The notes below the pieces were generated by a model, which ran no database searches, was not told where the DNA came from, and was given only the letters and a program-made list of their open reading frames with translations. The position numbers were made by a program, and so were the translations under genes. Positions 18,702-28,045 of a stretch of 64,000 nt of DNA are shown one piece after another. Source of the DNA: Bacteroidota bacterium (GTDB lineage: Bacteria > Bacteroidota > Bacteroidia > Palsa-948); NCBI GenBank assembly GCA_016213405.1, contig JACRAM010000006.1, positions 29,731 through 93,730 on the forward strand, read 5' to 3'. Each line of letters opens with the position of its first letter. The stretch's first letter is position 1.

Positions 18702-19325
18702 CTACAGCACCATCAGGTCAATAGGACCATCCCATACTGCGGGACCTTCTTTCAGGACGAGGCGATGACGGAAGAAATAACGCTTCAGGTTATCCAGCCC
18801 GCTAATGGTAACAGTTGCTTTCAAGGTCGAGTCAACTGAAATCCAAGAGGAGGGGTTAGATGCATCAAGCGAATATTCCCACTCGTGAAAACCACGTTCA
18901 GCGCGCTCAGCCAAGAGTACAGCAGTTCCGGGCAATGCACCCCTCTCTACTGTAAACACCCGTTTTTGAGGCGGATTAAACTGCTTCACGATCATCCCGG
19001 CACTGAGAATAATTGCTTCCGCTCCTGTGGCTGCATTCGCAGGGTCGTTGGCTGTATCCTCCACGTAATGTCCTTCAGAAGTGAGTACTCCTTCGAGTAG
19101 CTCACGCTTCTGGTGCATTACGGCTGTCTGCTGGGTGCCTCCGCCTTGCGCCTGGTCAGATGCATTTTGCAGGGCAATGCCTGCATTGTACAAACTTCCA
19201 AGTGAAGGAGAAGGAGTGGGGAAGAAAGCATTGCCTGTCATTTTGGTAACAACATGCAAGGCGAATGCAATCAATTCCGACACACTCATCCCGCTCAGTC
19301 CTAAACTTACTTTAATTCGTCTCAT
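18702..19325 (-). CDS. Hypothetical protein, GC-rich relative to surroundings
   Basis: 207-codon stop-free frame in about 50% GC DNA, with its own terminator; no recognisable motif. Overlapping plus-strand ORFs are interpreted as GC artefacts. Confidence 0.45.
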   Translation of the reverse strand: MRRIKVSLGLSGMSVSELIAFALHVVTKMTGNAFFPTPSPSLGSLYNAGIALQNASDQAQGGGTQQTAVMHQKRELLEGVLTSEGHYVEDTANDPANAATGAEAIILSAGMIVKQFNPPQKRVFTVERGALPGTAVLLAERAERGFHEWEYSLDASNPSSWISVDSTLKATVTISGLDNLKRYFFRHRLVLKEGPAVWDGPIDLMVL

Positions 19326-19459
19326 GACTTTTTAAAGGTTTAGTTGTGCCCTCCCTGTATTCCAGTTGCCGGTGCGGAAAGAACGTAGAGAGGGCTTACT
19401 TTCCCGTCCACCGGAGTGCCTGTTTGCAGCATCAGGCAACTGAATACTATACAACAAAG

Positions 19460-20099
19460 CGCTTGCCAAACTTGTAATTTTCATAGGAGAAAAGTGTTAA
19501 ATGCGACCGGTGATAATAAATGTTCTGCGAATGAATAGAAATGAAATGCAGATGGGCGGATTTCTTCGATGGGGTTTTTGCAAATGTTAAAATTGAAAAT
19601 TTAGCTATGGATTTTTTTTTCGGCACAATCATATTCTGCCAGTGAAAAAACTTAAAAAGTTTCAGAAGATTTCGATAGATCCATTAAGGATATTACATGG
19701 AGTTCAGAACCTATTGAAAGAAGTATTGAAAACAAGATATATTAAATTGAGGATATTGTTCAATGTGTTGAATAAATGGTTTAATGCGTTAATGATATTA
19801 AAAGAAATCTTCTGAATAGTGTTTTATCTGTTGAATTTAGTTAACAAGGTTTTTTACGTTTTATATGAAGTTTAGAATTGATTGTATAATCCCTTCATTT
19901 TTTCTATAAATAAATTGAATAAAAGATATCCTCTTCTGAAAGAATTGAACAATCCCTTTTGGATTTTATATGAATTACTGAGCAGATGGAATAGTGTTCA
20001 GAAAGGAATAAGCGATAAATTGAATATTTGATACGGAGTATCCGGCATCCATACATTTCATATACATCTCGGTAAAATTTTACTTGTAAATTTGTTTAA
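19460..20099. promoter_or_regulatory. About 640-bp AT-rich non-coding region between divergent polysaccharide transcription units; contains a TAAATTTG (-7-like Bacteroidota box) 7 nt before the 20100 ATG
   Basis: No ORF of at least 60 aa. Repeated TTGAAT(A/T) boxes, a 10-bp direct repeat GAATAGTGTT (about 19813 and 19992), and a 10-bp inverted pair ATTGTTCAAT/ATTGAACAAT. Confidence 0.4.
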
Positions 20100-21473
20100 A
20101 TGAACTCCTCCATCATTACCTATCTTGATTGGCTGCTTGCTCCTTTTTATATCCTCGTTATTTATGTTATTGCCTCCATTATTAAAAAAAGGGGAATAAA
20201 AAAGAATCCTATTTATAAATATTTTTTATGGGGGCTTTATGCCAAGATTGGCGGAGCTATTGGTTTGTGTTTGATATATACTTATTATTATGAAGGTGGT
20301 GGAGATACATTGAATTATAATGATGATAGTTCTGCATTACTGAAATTACTATTTTATTCACCTGTTGATTTTTTCAATGCATGGCTATTGCCATTCTCAA
20401 AGGAAACCCCTTCTTATTTCACAAACGAAACCGGGTATCTCATTTTTTGGAATGATTCAAACGCATTCATGGTAGATCGACTTCTTGTACCAATTAAACT
20501 GTTAAGTTTTGACAGTTACCTTGTTTCATCCGTACTTATGGCAGTGGTTAGTTTCACGGGTGTGTGGAAATTATATGAAGTGTTTTGTGATTCTTATCCA
20601 TTCCTGTACAAGTACTTTGCTGTTACTCTTCTTTTTGTTCCTTCCGTTTTGTTCTGGGGTTCAGGAATCCTGAAGGACTCATGGACGCTCGCTGCTGCAG
20701 GGTGGTACTGTTATGCGTTTTACAGAATTTTCATTAAAAGAGATAGAATTATATTCCCACTGACAGCACTTGCTATTTCAATATTCATTTTGATTACTAT
20801 CAAACCCTATATTTTTGTGGGCTTGCTGCCAGGATCTATGCTGTGGATGGTTTGGAACCGTTTGAGCAAAATAAAAAATCTGGCAGTCAGGATTTTTGCT
20901 GCCCCTGTGATTGCTGCTGTGGGAGTTGCGATAGGTGTTGGAATCTGGATGGTCACGAGTTCTAATCTTGGAACATACAGTACCATGGACAGTATGATAG
21001 AAAAAGCGCAAATCGCTTCTTTAGATTTAAAACAGGATTATTACCATGGAAATTCTTTTGACCTTGGAGATTACGACCCCACACTCTCCGGTGTGTTTTC
21101 AAAATTTCCTATTGCGACAGTTACAGGATTATTCAGGCCATTTTTGTGGGAAACAAAAAACATAGTGATGGTTTTATCAGGGATAGAGAATCTTATTATT
21201 TTGGGATTCACTTTTTTTGTTCTGCTCAGAAAACCAGTGAAAGCATTGAGCAATCTTGTTACTATTCCACTTGTTCTTTTCTGCTTAATATTTGCTGTGT
21301 TCTTTGCTTTTTCTGTTGCTATCTCCACTTCAAATTTCGGGGCATTGGTGCGGCTGAGAATACCGATGATTCCATTTTTATTGAGCGGGCTGATGATTGT
21401 AAATTACGGGAAAGCATATATAACTACGCATAAATCTCTTGATAAATTTTCTCCGCAACCTCAAACCCTCTGA
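20100..21473 (+). CDS. Polytopic membrane protein, putative oligosaccharide repeat-unit polymerase (Wzy/EpsG-like)
   Basis: 457 aa, about 10-12 TM helices, a periplasmic loop in the middle; locus context. Confidence 0.4.
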   Translation: MNSSIITYLDWLLAPFYILVIYVIASIIKKRGIKKNPIYKYFLWGLYAKIGGAIGLCLIYTYYYEGGGDTLNYNDDSSALLKLLFYSPVDFFNAWLLPFSKETPSYFTNETGYLIFWNDSNAFMVDRLLVPIKLLSFDSYLVSSVLMAVVSFTGVWKLYEVFCDSYPFLYKYFAVTLLFVPSVLFWGSGILKDSWTLAAAGWYCYAFYRIFIKRDRIIFPLTALAISIFILITIKPYIFVGLLPGSMLWMVWNRLSKIKNLAVRIFAAPVIAAVGVAIGVGIWMVTSSNLGTYSTMDSMIEKAQIASLDLKQDYYHGNSFDLGDYDPTLSGVFSKFPIATVTGLFRPFLWETKNIVMVLSGIENLIILGFTFFVLLRKPVKALSNLVTIPLVLFCLIFAVFFAFSVAISTSNFGALVRLRIPMIPFLLSGLMIVNYGKAYITTHKSLDKFSPQPQTL

Positions 21474-22617
21474 ATCTTTTTGCAATATTTCTGATTTCTT
21501 CTTTCTTTTTTTGCAAGGAAGGTGAATTTAATATTGCATCTATTTTTTTTACTGCAGCAAGATAATTTTCTTTATCGAAATTATACAACACAGCTCCAAT
21601 ATCGTTTTCTTCAATAATGCTGGAATCATCTGAAATGTTTTTTGTAATTACAACAGGCAATCCCATTGCCCAATATTCTCCATCCTTTAGTGAGGTGCAA
21701 TATTGTTTACTTGGAACCGGCTTTACAGGATTTAAGGCAAAATCAGCCAAGCCGAGATAAACCGGCATTTGTTCATATTCTATCGATTCTATAATACAAA
21801 TATCTTTTGGAATTTTTTTTTGCTTCAAATAGATTTCTATTTCACTTTTAGAAATAGTATTAGGCAATAGTATTATTCTGAATTTGTCTTTCCAATAATT
21901 ACAACACACAGAGAAGAAGTCAAAAATTTCTTCCTGAAGATAGATCCCGCCTATTTTGCCGGCATAAACACAAATAATATTGTCATTGTTTAAATTATAT
22001 TTATTTAATAGTTCTTTATTTTTTGAGTATTTAAATGCAAACAAATCAAGGTCTATACAAGCCGGTTTTGAATAAAATTTATTCAGTGCTGCATTATATT
22101 TTTTTAAAGCATAAGATTTCATAGATGCAGTTGCGGCAATAACTGCAAAAGCCCGTTTGGTTTGAAGCTTTTCAAACAGAAAAAGTATTTTGTATGGCAG
22201 TCCATTTTTTTTCCATGTTCCGTTTTCTACCATAGATTCAGCGTGCGGTTCATAGCTGTCAATGATTAATTTCTTTCCTGTGAATATTGATAAAATATAT
22301 CCTATCATGCCTGCGGGAGTGCCCATACAATGAATGGCGCTTACTTTTTTAAATACAATCAGGCACCATAGAGAAATAATTATTCTAATCCATTGAAAAG
22401 AGGCCAATATCCCGAATGAGTAATAATGAAATGGCACCCATTGTATTTGTTCATCTCCTTTTTCATTTATTTGATTGTTATTCCTTTCTAATGTTAGAAG
22501 GTATATTTTACTATTTACCGGAAGATTGTTTTTTATAATTTTTAAGTAGGGAAGAGTGTACGCCTGAACCAGCGCATCGTTATAACTCCAGTAAGTAAGA
22601 ACTAAAATATTCGACAT
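21424..22617 (-). CDS. Glycosyltransferase family 1 (GT4-type)
   Basis: 397 aa GT-B-like protein in the glycosyltransferase cluster. Confidence 0.55.
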   Translation of the reverse strand: MSNILVLTYWSYNDALVQAYTLPYLKIIKNNLPVNSKIYLLTLERNNNQINEKGDEQIQWVPFHYYSFGILASFQWIRIIISLWCLIVFKKVSAIHCMGTPAGMIGYILSIFTGKKLIIDSYEPHAESMVENGTWKKNGLPYKILFLFEKLQTKRAFAVIAATASMKSYALKKYNAALNKFYSKPACIDLDLFAFKYSKNKELLNKYNLNNDNIICVYAGKIGGIYLQEEIFDFFSVCCNYWKDKFRIILLPNTISKSEIEIYLKQKKIPKDICIIESIEYEQMPVYLGLADFALNPVKPVPSKQYCTSLKDGEYWAMGLPVVITKNISDDSSIIEENDIGAVLYNFDKENYLAAVKKIDAILNSPSLQKKKEEIRNIAKRFRGFEVAEKIYQEIYA

Positions 22618-23307
22618 TTACATAGGTGCTGAATAGGAGGAATTACTTTGAAGCGTATTTAATTGTTCAACAGTATCTACCGTGAACCATTTTGATGGGT
22701 AAATATCAGAACAGTATAATTGTTTTTGTTCAATAAGGTATTTCCATAATAAATTAAAATCTTCCACAGGAGATATTGATGAATTAATTTTTGCAGGGTT
22801 TATAATTTGAATGCCTGAACAATAAATATCAGATGTTTTTAAGCGACTCAATTCATGCACAACATTTTTATTATGAAAAATATAATCGCCATCAAGTCCT
22901 TCAACAGGTTTTACGGGAATCACCATGCAGGCAGGTTCGCCATGATGAAAATAATTTTTAGTTAATAAGTCAATGTCTAATTCTACGACATTATCACAGG
23001 TCAATACAATTACCGGTTCATTAATAAATTTTAATAATGTATTGTAAATCCACCAGCAATTACCTTTCCCTTCAGTATTAAAAATGCTTGAAACATTATG
23101 TTCGATTACGTGCTTTGCCAATAAAGCTTTTTGATATCCAACGGTGATATGAACATTTGGAATGTGGAGTTTTAATTTTTCTATGCCATTTGCAATGAGA
23201 GTTGAGCCATCATAGTTTGCCATGGCTTTCGGAAGCTTTTTTGTAAGGGGCATCATTCGCTGTCCTCTGCCGGCAGCAATAATTACTGCATGGTTAATGT
23301 TTTGCAT
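22618..23307 (-). CDS. Sugar-phosphate nucleotidyltransferase family protein
   Basis: AVIIAAGRGQRMMPLT (the G-x-G-x-R signature of NTP_transferase / MobA-like folds); 229 aa. Confidence 0.6.
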   Translation of the reverse strand: MQNINHAVIIAAGRGQRMMPLTKKLPKAMANYDGSTLIANGIEKLKLHIPNVHITVGYQKALLAKHVIEHNVSSIFNTEGKGNCWWIYNTLLKFINEPVIVLTCDNVVELDIDLLTKNYFHHGEPACMVIPVKPVEGLDGDYIFHNKNVVHELSRLKTSDIYCSGIQIINPAKINSSISPVEDFNLLWKYLIEQKQLYCSDIYPSKWFTVDTVEQLNTLQSNSSYSAPM

Positions 23308-23308
23308 G

Positions 23309-24259
23309 CTAGTTTTCTTCTAAGGGTGGGAAATTAATAATATTAGTTATTTCCTCTTTTGTTAATTTGTCTGTATTCGCTGAAGAAAGTCCGAAAGCAA
23401 TAGGTTTTTTTACCTTATGGTTAAAAGAAATCAGATAATGAGTTATGTTATTATACATTACTTCTTCAGTATAAGGCAATTCAAGTTCACCTATTAAAAA
23501 TTCATCATCACGCTCACCCGGTCTTCCTTCTATTTTTTCATATCTGCCGCCATTTAATTCAGTCCATAGTTTTAAAATATCTTCTATCTGCGCAGCTTTC
23601 ATTTTTCTTGACAGCACTTTTCCTTTTACATCTTGAATTTTGTTAAGCGATGTTAAAACTAAATTTACAGCTTCATCTACAGTAAAAAAGAATCTTCGCA
23701 TTTCAGGACCTGTTGTGCCAATTACTCCGGTTTCTTCATGCATCTTTTTCCATATTGGAAGAACAGAACCAGTTGACCATGCCACATTCCCATAGCGTAC
23801 ACAAGCAAATTTGGTAGAAGATTTCTCATTCATGGAGCAAAAGAGTCGTTCCATTAAAGCTTTTGTTAATCCGTAAGTATTGCGAACCGGGGGAGATGCT
23901 TTGTCTGTGGAAATTCCAATAACAACTTCTACATTTTTATCAACAGCAACTCTAGCAATATTTTGACTTCCGATAACATTAACATCAACACATTCCATAG
24001 GAAATATTTCAGACAAGTCAACAAATTTAGTGGCGGCAGCATGAATGATTATTTGAGGTTTATATTCGTTTACAACATCCCTTACTGCCTCTATGTTTGT
24101 TACATCAAGTGGAGTTACATGACATCCGGAGAATTTTTGCGCAAATAGATTTTGCTTATTATTTCTGCCCGAAAGAATTACTTTATAATTATTTTTAAGA
24201 GCCAAACCTAATCTTCTTCCTAAAAAGCCGGTGCCTCCGGTTATTAAAATTGTTTTCAT
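23309..24259 (-). CDS. NAD-dependent epimerase/dehydratase (CapD/PseB-like polysaccharide biosynthesis protein)
   Basis: MKTILITGGTGFLG Rossmann motif, short-chain dehydrogenase architecture, 316 aa. Confidence 0.6.
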   Translation of the reverse strand: MKTILITGGTGFLGRRLGLALKNNYKVILSGRNNKQNLFAQKFSGCHVTPLDVTNIEAVRDVVNEYKPQIIIHAAATKFVDLSEIFPMECVDVNVIGSQNIARVAVDKNVEVVIGISTDKASPPVRNTYGLTKALMERLFCSMNEKSSTKFACVRYGNVAWSTGSVLPIWKKMHEETGVIGTTGPEMRRFFFTVDEAVNLVLTSLNKIQDVKGKVLSRKMKAAQIEDILKLWTELNGGRYEKIEGRPGERDDEFLIGELELPYTEEVMYNNITHYLISFNHKVKKPIAFGLSSANTDKLTKEEITNIINFPPLEEN

Positions 24260-24322
24260 TAATTATAATTAGTTTATAAATAACAATAGTAGGTATTTTT
24301 ATGTACTTCGCATTAAGGTTAC

Positions 24323-25048
24323 TCATTTCTTTCGGGCAACAATGATATTATTGATGAAAATATCCTTATTAACCGGTAAAATAAAGGAGAAGAATAGTTC
24401 AACAAGGGTTAAGGGGAAAATAATAAGTAGAGTAAAAAAGAATTTAATGAGTTTTATATTGGGCATTGCTGTAAATAAATAATCATTGAATAATTGTGCT
24501 ACTACCAGCAAGTAGTTGCCTTTTTTTTCCTGAACAATAATTTCAAATCCATTTTTTTTCAATAAATATTTAATTCCAAAAGAAGTATAGCGTACGCTGT
24601 CATTGGGCTTTTCATTTTCCTTCCATACAAAAGGAACGGTAAGTAAAAAACAGCCATTCTTTTTGAGTACCCGGTTTAATTCAGGAATTATTTCTTCCAC
24701 ATTAAAAATATGGGTCAACGCCTCGGAACTAAATAGTGAATCAAAATATTCATCATCGAAAGGAATCTTTTTTCCATCATAAAATTTATCAACAAAAGAA
24801 ATATCATTGTTGTGTGCAGAGTTCTTTATTTCAACCCCTATATGATGTTTTACATTAAACAGTGAATGATATGGTTTCGTCCCGCATCCAAAGTCAAGCA
24901 TCGTCCCTACCATATAGTGTGCATTTTTTTTAATACCTGATGATATGCCTCTTGAGATGATATAATTAGAATTAATTACAATAGAATACCATGCGGGAAT
25001 AAAAACCTGCCTACGATAATATTTTTTTAATGAATCTATCAGCTTCAT
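24323..25048 (-). CDS. Class I SAM-dependent methyltransferase
   Basis: LDFGCGTKPY motif I; 241 aa with a C-terminal hydrophobic tail. Confidence 0.6.
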   Translation of the reverse strand: MKLIDSLKKYYRRQVFIPAWYSIVINSNYIISRGISSGIKKNAHYMVGTMLDFGCGTKPYHSLFNVKHHIGVEIKNSAHNNDISFVDKFYDGKKIPFDDEYFDSLFSSEALTHIFNVEEIIPELNRVLKKNGCFLLTVPFVWKENEKPNDSVRYTSFGIKYLLKKNGFEIIVQEKKGNYLLVVAQLFNDYLFTAMPNIKLIKFFFTLLIIFPLTLVELFFSFILPVNKDIFINNIIVARKK

Positions 25049-25075
25049 ATTATTTTAAAAGTAAGCATTTAGAAT

Positions 25076-26065
25076 TTAGCCATCATAATCTATAGGGAGC
25101 AAGTTCCAGTTTTTTATATCGGTAATGAAATTCGAAGGGGATACATTGATATTCTCAAAAACTGAAAAGTAAAAGGGATAAGTCATAATGCCTTTATTAA
25201 AAGGATTTTTCATAAAGAGCCGTTGTTTTAATAATTTAGAAAAAAATGAATTTTTATTTGACCAGCAATAAATTCCTTTTAATTTATTATTAATAGTTAT
25301 TTGATATATTTTATTAAACAACATTGAATAAGCATCATTTTCTAATGAATAGATATCTTTAATTAATAGAAGTAAATTTTTTTCAATACAATAAATGCAA
25401 TATCCCACTAGCGTTTCATTTTTGTAACAATAAATGATTCTATGCGAAGCAGAAGGATCTTTGAAACGCCATTCTAAATAAGATTTGTCCCTTGCTTTCG
25501 CAATAGGAAATTGCATAGAAATTACTTTATCCAAATCATTTATTGCTTCGCTGATGATATCTGTATCGGTAAAATGAAATAGTGGATTCGATGGAATTAT
25601 TTTACTTAATAGAATTTCAATTTTTAATTGTAAAGATATTTTAAAATGAGGCTTGATTCTTCCCAATCCTTTCCAATGAAGTTTTTTAATGTAACCCGAG
25701 TAGGGAATTTCTCCGGGAAACACCTTAGCAAGTGATTTGCCTTGTCTTTTCAATTCGTCACATGTCAGTGCAGCTAATTTTTCAAAGATGCCCATTCTTC
25801 TATAGTTTGGGTGTGTCATTGTATCGCAGGCAAGATACATGACATTTTTTTTTCCATTAATATAATATGCATCCGGTATTGCACCCCAATATCCGACTAA
25901 TTCGCCCTCTTCATTTTTTGCAACATATCCAATCACATTGCCTTCGGAGTTTTCATAATATTTCCAATGATAAAAATCTATTGTTGAGGCTCTGCCAAAA
26001 CATAATAAGGTTAATGCTGGCATTTCTTTTAAATCTGCTTGCGAAAATTTATGAAAGGATAGCAT
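25076..26065 (-). CDS. GNAT-family acyl/acetyltransferase-like protein
   Basis: 329 aa; ...NYRRMGIFEKLAALTCDELKRQGKSL... resembles the acyl-CoA binding R-x-x-G-x-G/A segment of GNAT folds. Confidence 0.4.
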   Translation of the reverse strand: MLSFHKFSQADLKEMPALTLLCFGRASTIDFYHWKYYENSEGNVIGYVAKNEEGELVGYWGAIPDAYYINGKKNVMYLACDTMTHPNYRRMGIFEKLAALTCDELKRQGKSLAKVFPGEIPYSGYIKKLHWKGLGRIKPHFKISLQLKIEILLSKIIPSNPLFHFTDTDIISEAINDLDKVISMQFPIAKARDKSYLEWRFKDPSASHRIIYCYKNETLVGYCIYCIEKNLLLLIKDIYSLENDAYSMLFNKIYQITINNKLKGIYCWSNKNSFFSKLLKQRLFMKNPFNKGIMTYPFYFSVFENINVSPSNFITDIKNWNLLPIDYDG

Positions 26066-26086
26066 GAATTTTAAAACGATTGTATT

Positions 26087-27067
26087 CTATTTGCGAATAA
26101 ATTTGTGAAATCCGTTTATTCTGAAAAATAGTTCATATGGATTTTTGTCATGCACATTAAATCTTGGGATTGCATATTTATAAGGAGTATCGTTCACTTT
26201 TTTTAAATCCACTAATTCATTATTTACTGCAAAACCTGCTTTATAGTATTTTAGAACAAGATGCAAAACTCTGCCGGAATAATTTCCTGCCGGATAAGCA
26301 ATGTAATCAACATTGTTTTCTAGTTTGGCAGTGAGTAGATTTTTAGACTCATACAGTTCATAATCAAGTGTTGCCTCGTCTTCTATCATTGACAATGCCG
26401 GATGAGTCATTGAGTGAGACTCATATTTTACATCAGCCAATGTTTCTTTTATTTCTGACCAGGACATACTATTGGCATTCGTGTCATCCTTGTATCCCAA
26501 AGTTTGCATAATAGTTGAGACATATATTCTGCGCTGCTTATCCGGTAAGCGTATTAAAAGTTTCCTGACTGCAAATGCTGCTTTACTTCTTTGCTTTTCG
26601 CTTTCAAGTTTTAAAAATATTTGTTCATTATTGATGTTTAAACATAATTCAGTTTTGTTTGTGAATTTGAAGCAATTGTCTAATTGAGATGTCCAGATAA
26701 TCTGATTTTTATTTACGCAATCAACCGGAACAAACATAGTGACCGGAACCTGATGTTTCTTTATTATGGGAAGAGCATGTTCATGGAAATCTTTAAATGC
26801 ATCGTCAAATACTACAGCGCAGCAATCACGCAACTGTTCTTTTTTTTTATCGAATAAATTATTAAGAGAAATAAAGCGATATTTTTTTGATAAGAACTTT
26901 ATGTGAGATTCAAATTGTTTTGGTGTAAGTGGGGACCAGAATCCATCGGGATAAGGACTAATTCTGTGAAAAATTAAAATTGGAATTCTTAAATTCATTC
27001 TATGATAATGCATTAATAAGTACCCCAATCCTGTATAATATAAAATTTTAAAAATAATGTTTCTCAT
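26087..27067 (-). CDS. Polysaccharide deacetylase (CE4, NodB-homology domain)
   Basis: VVFDDAFKD (TFDDG-like motif 1) and HSMTHP (H-S/T-x-x-H-P motif 2). Confidence 0.7.
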   Translation of the reverse strand: MRNIIFKILYYTGLGYLLMHYHRMNLRIPILIFHRISPYPDGFWSPLTPKQFESHIKFLSKKYRFISLNNLFDKKKEQLRDCCAVVFDDAFKDFHEHALPIIKKHQVPVTMFVPVDCVNKNQIIWTSQLDNCFKFTNKTELCLNINNEQIFLKLESEKQRSKAAFAVRKLLIRLPDKQRRIYVSTIMQTLGYKDDTNANSMSWSEIKETLADVKYESHSMTHPALSMIEDEATLDYELYESKNLLTAKLENNVDYIAYPAGNYSGRVLHLVLKYYKAGFAVNNELVDLKKVNDTPYKYAIPRFNVHDKNPYELFFRINGFHKFIRK

Positions 27068-27094
27068 ATTTTATAGAACTGCACTACATTTTTT

Positions 27095-27997
27095 TTATTT
27101 TAACTTCCTGATAATGTTGTTTCCAATTAATATTTTGAAAAATAAAATAATCAAATTAATATTAATACCAATTTTAGCAGTTGTTTTAATAAGGTATTTA
27201 ATTGCATAAATTCTATTTTCATCTATATAATTATGAATAGCGCAAAAGTAGAATGAATAGCCCTCCACTATCCTAATCTGTTTGTTGCTTAATGGCAGGT
27301 TTTGTTTGATCCATTCTACAGCCAAAAGTTTTTTTGAAATAATATCCTGGTTATTTCCCCTCATGGTTCTTTCATCGTGATCATTGAGTGTGATGGTTAT
27401 TTTATCAGCAATATAAATCTTTTCTTTCATAAGATTTTGCATGAGAAACATCCAATCTTCTACCACAGTATATTTGCTATCCTCGTTAAAAAGATGAAGT
27501 TCTGAATTGTTTTTTTTGATGCAAAAGGATATGGCAAGCGGATTCCCCTTTAAAAGCAGTTCTATTCCATGCCATCCTTCTTTAACTCCTGCAAGCGATG
27601 AGGGATAAAATATTTTATTATTTCTTTTAATGTTATATTTTGTGGCAAGAAAATTTATTTCAGGATTAGTTTTTATAATAGAAAACAAGGTGCTTAAATG
27701 GTCTGGATGCATGGTATCATCCGAATCAAGAAAAGTAAGAAACGCGCCTTTTGCATTTTTGATTCCGGTATTTCGTGAAACAGCGCGTTCATAATTTTTA
27801 TCATGTTGAATAAATATTATTTTTCCTGAATCATGCAGGGGTTTTAATATTTCAGCAGTAGTATCCGTTGAGCAATTGTCAACTACAATAACTTCATAAT
27901 CAGGATAAGTTTGTGAGAAAACACTATCAAGTGTTTTTAAGATTAAAGAACTCCTGTTATAAGTAGGAATTATTATACTAAAAAATGGTTTATTCAT
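27095..27997 (-). CDS. Glycosyltransferase family 2
   Basis: FSIIIPTYNRSS...YEVIVVDNCSTD...DSDD; canonical GT-A/GT2 N-terminus. Confidence 0.85.
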   Translation of the reverse strand: MNKPFFSIIIPTYNRSSLILKTLDSVFSQTYPDYEVIVVDNCSTDTTAEILKPLHDSGKIIFIQHDKNYERAVSRNTGIKNAKGAFLTFLDSDDTMHPDHLSTLFSIIKTNPEINFLATKYNIKRNNKIFYPSSLAGVKEGWHGIELLLKGNPLAISFCIKKNNSELHLFNEDSKYTVVEDWMFLMQNLMKEKIYIADKITITLNDHDERTMRGNNQDIISKKLLAVEWIKQNLPLSNKQIRIVEGYSFYFCAIHNYIDENRIYAIKYLIKTTAKIGININLIILFFKILIGNNIIRKLK

Positions 27998-28045
27998 TAT
28001 AAAGATTTTCTAAGTCATATACCAGATAAATTAGCCAGAAAGTCT

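Noticed and set aside
18656-19460. GC-rich island considered as a large structured ncRNA (RNase P, tmRNA, GOLLD-like)
   Set aside because: It contains a 207-codon stop-free frame, improbable by chance at this GC, and lacks RNase P/tmRNA signature strings. It is kept as a protein gene with a possibly structured leader.
19753-19959. Invertible promoter hypothesis for the AT-rich hub
   Set aside because: Only a 10-bp inverted pair, which could arise by chance in AT-rich DNA, and no site-specific recombinase nearby. It is downgraded to a low-confidence remark inside the regulatory finding.
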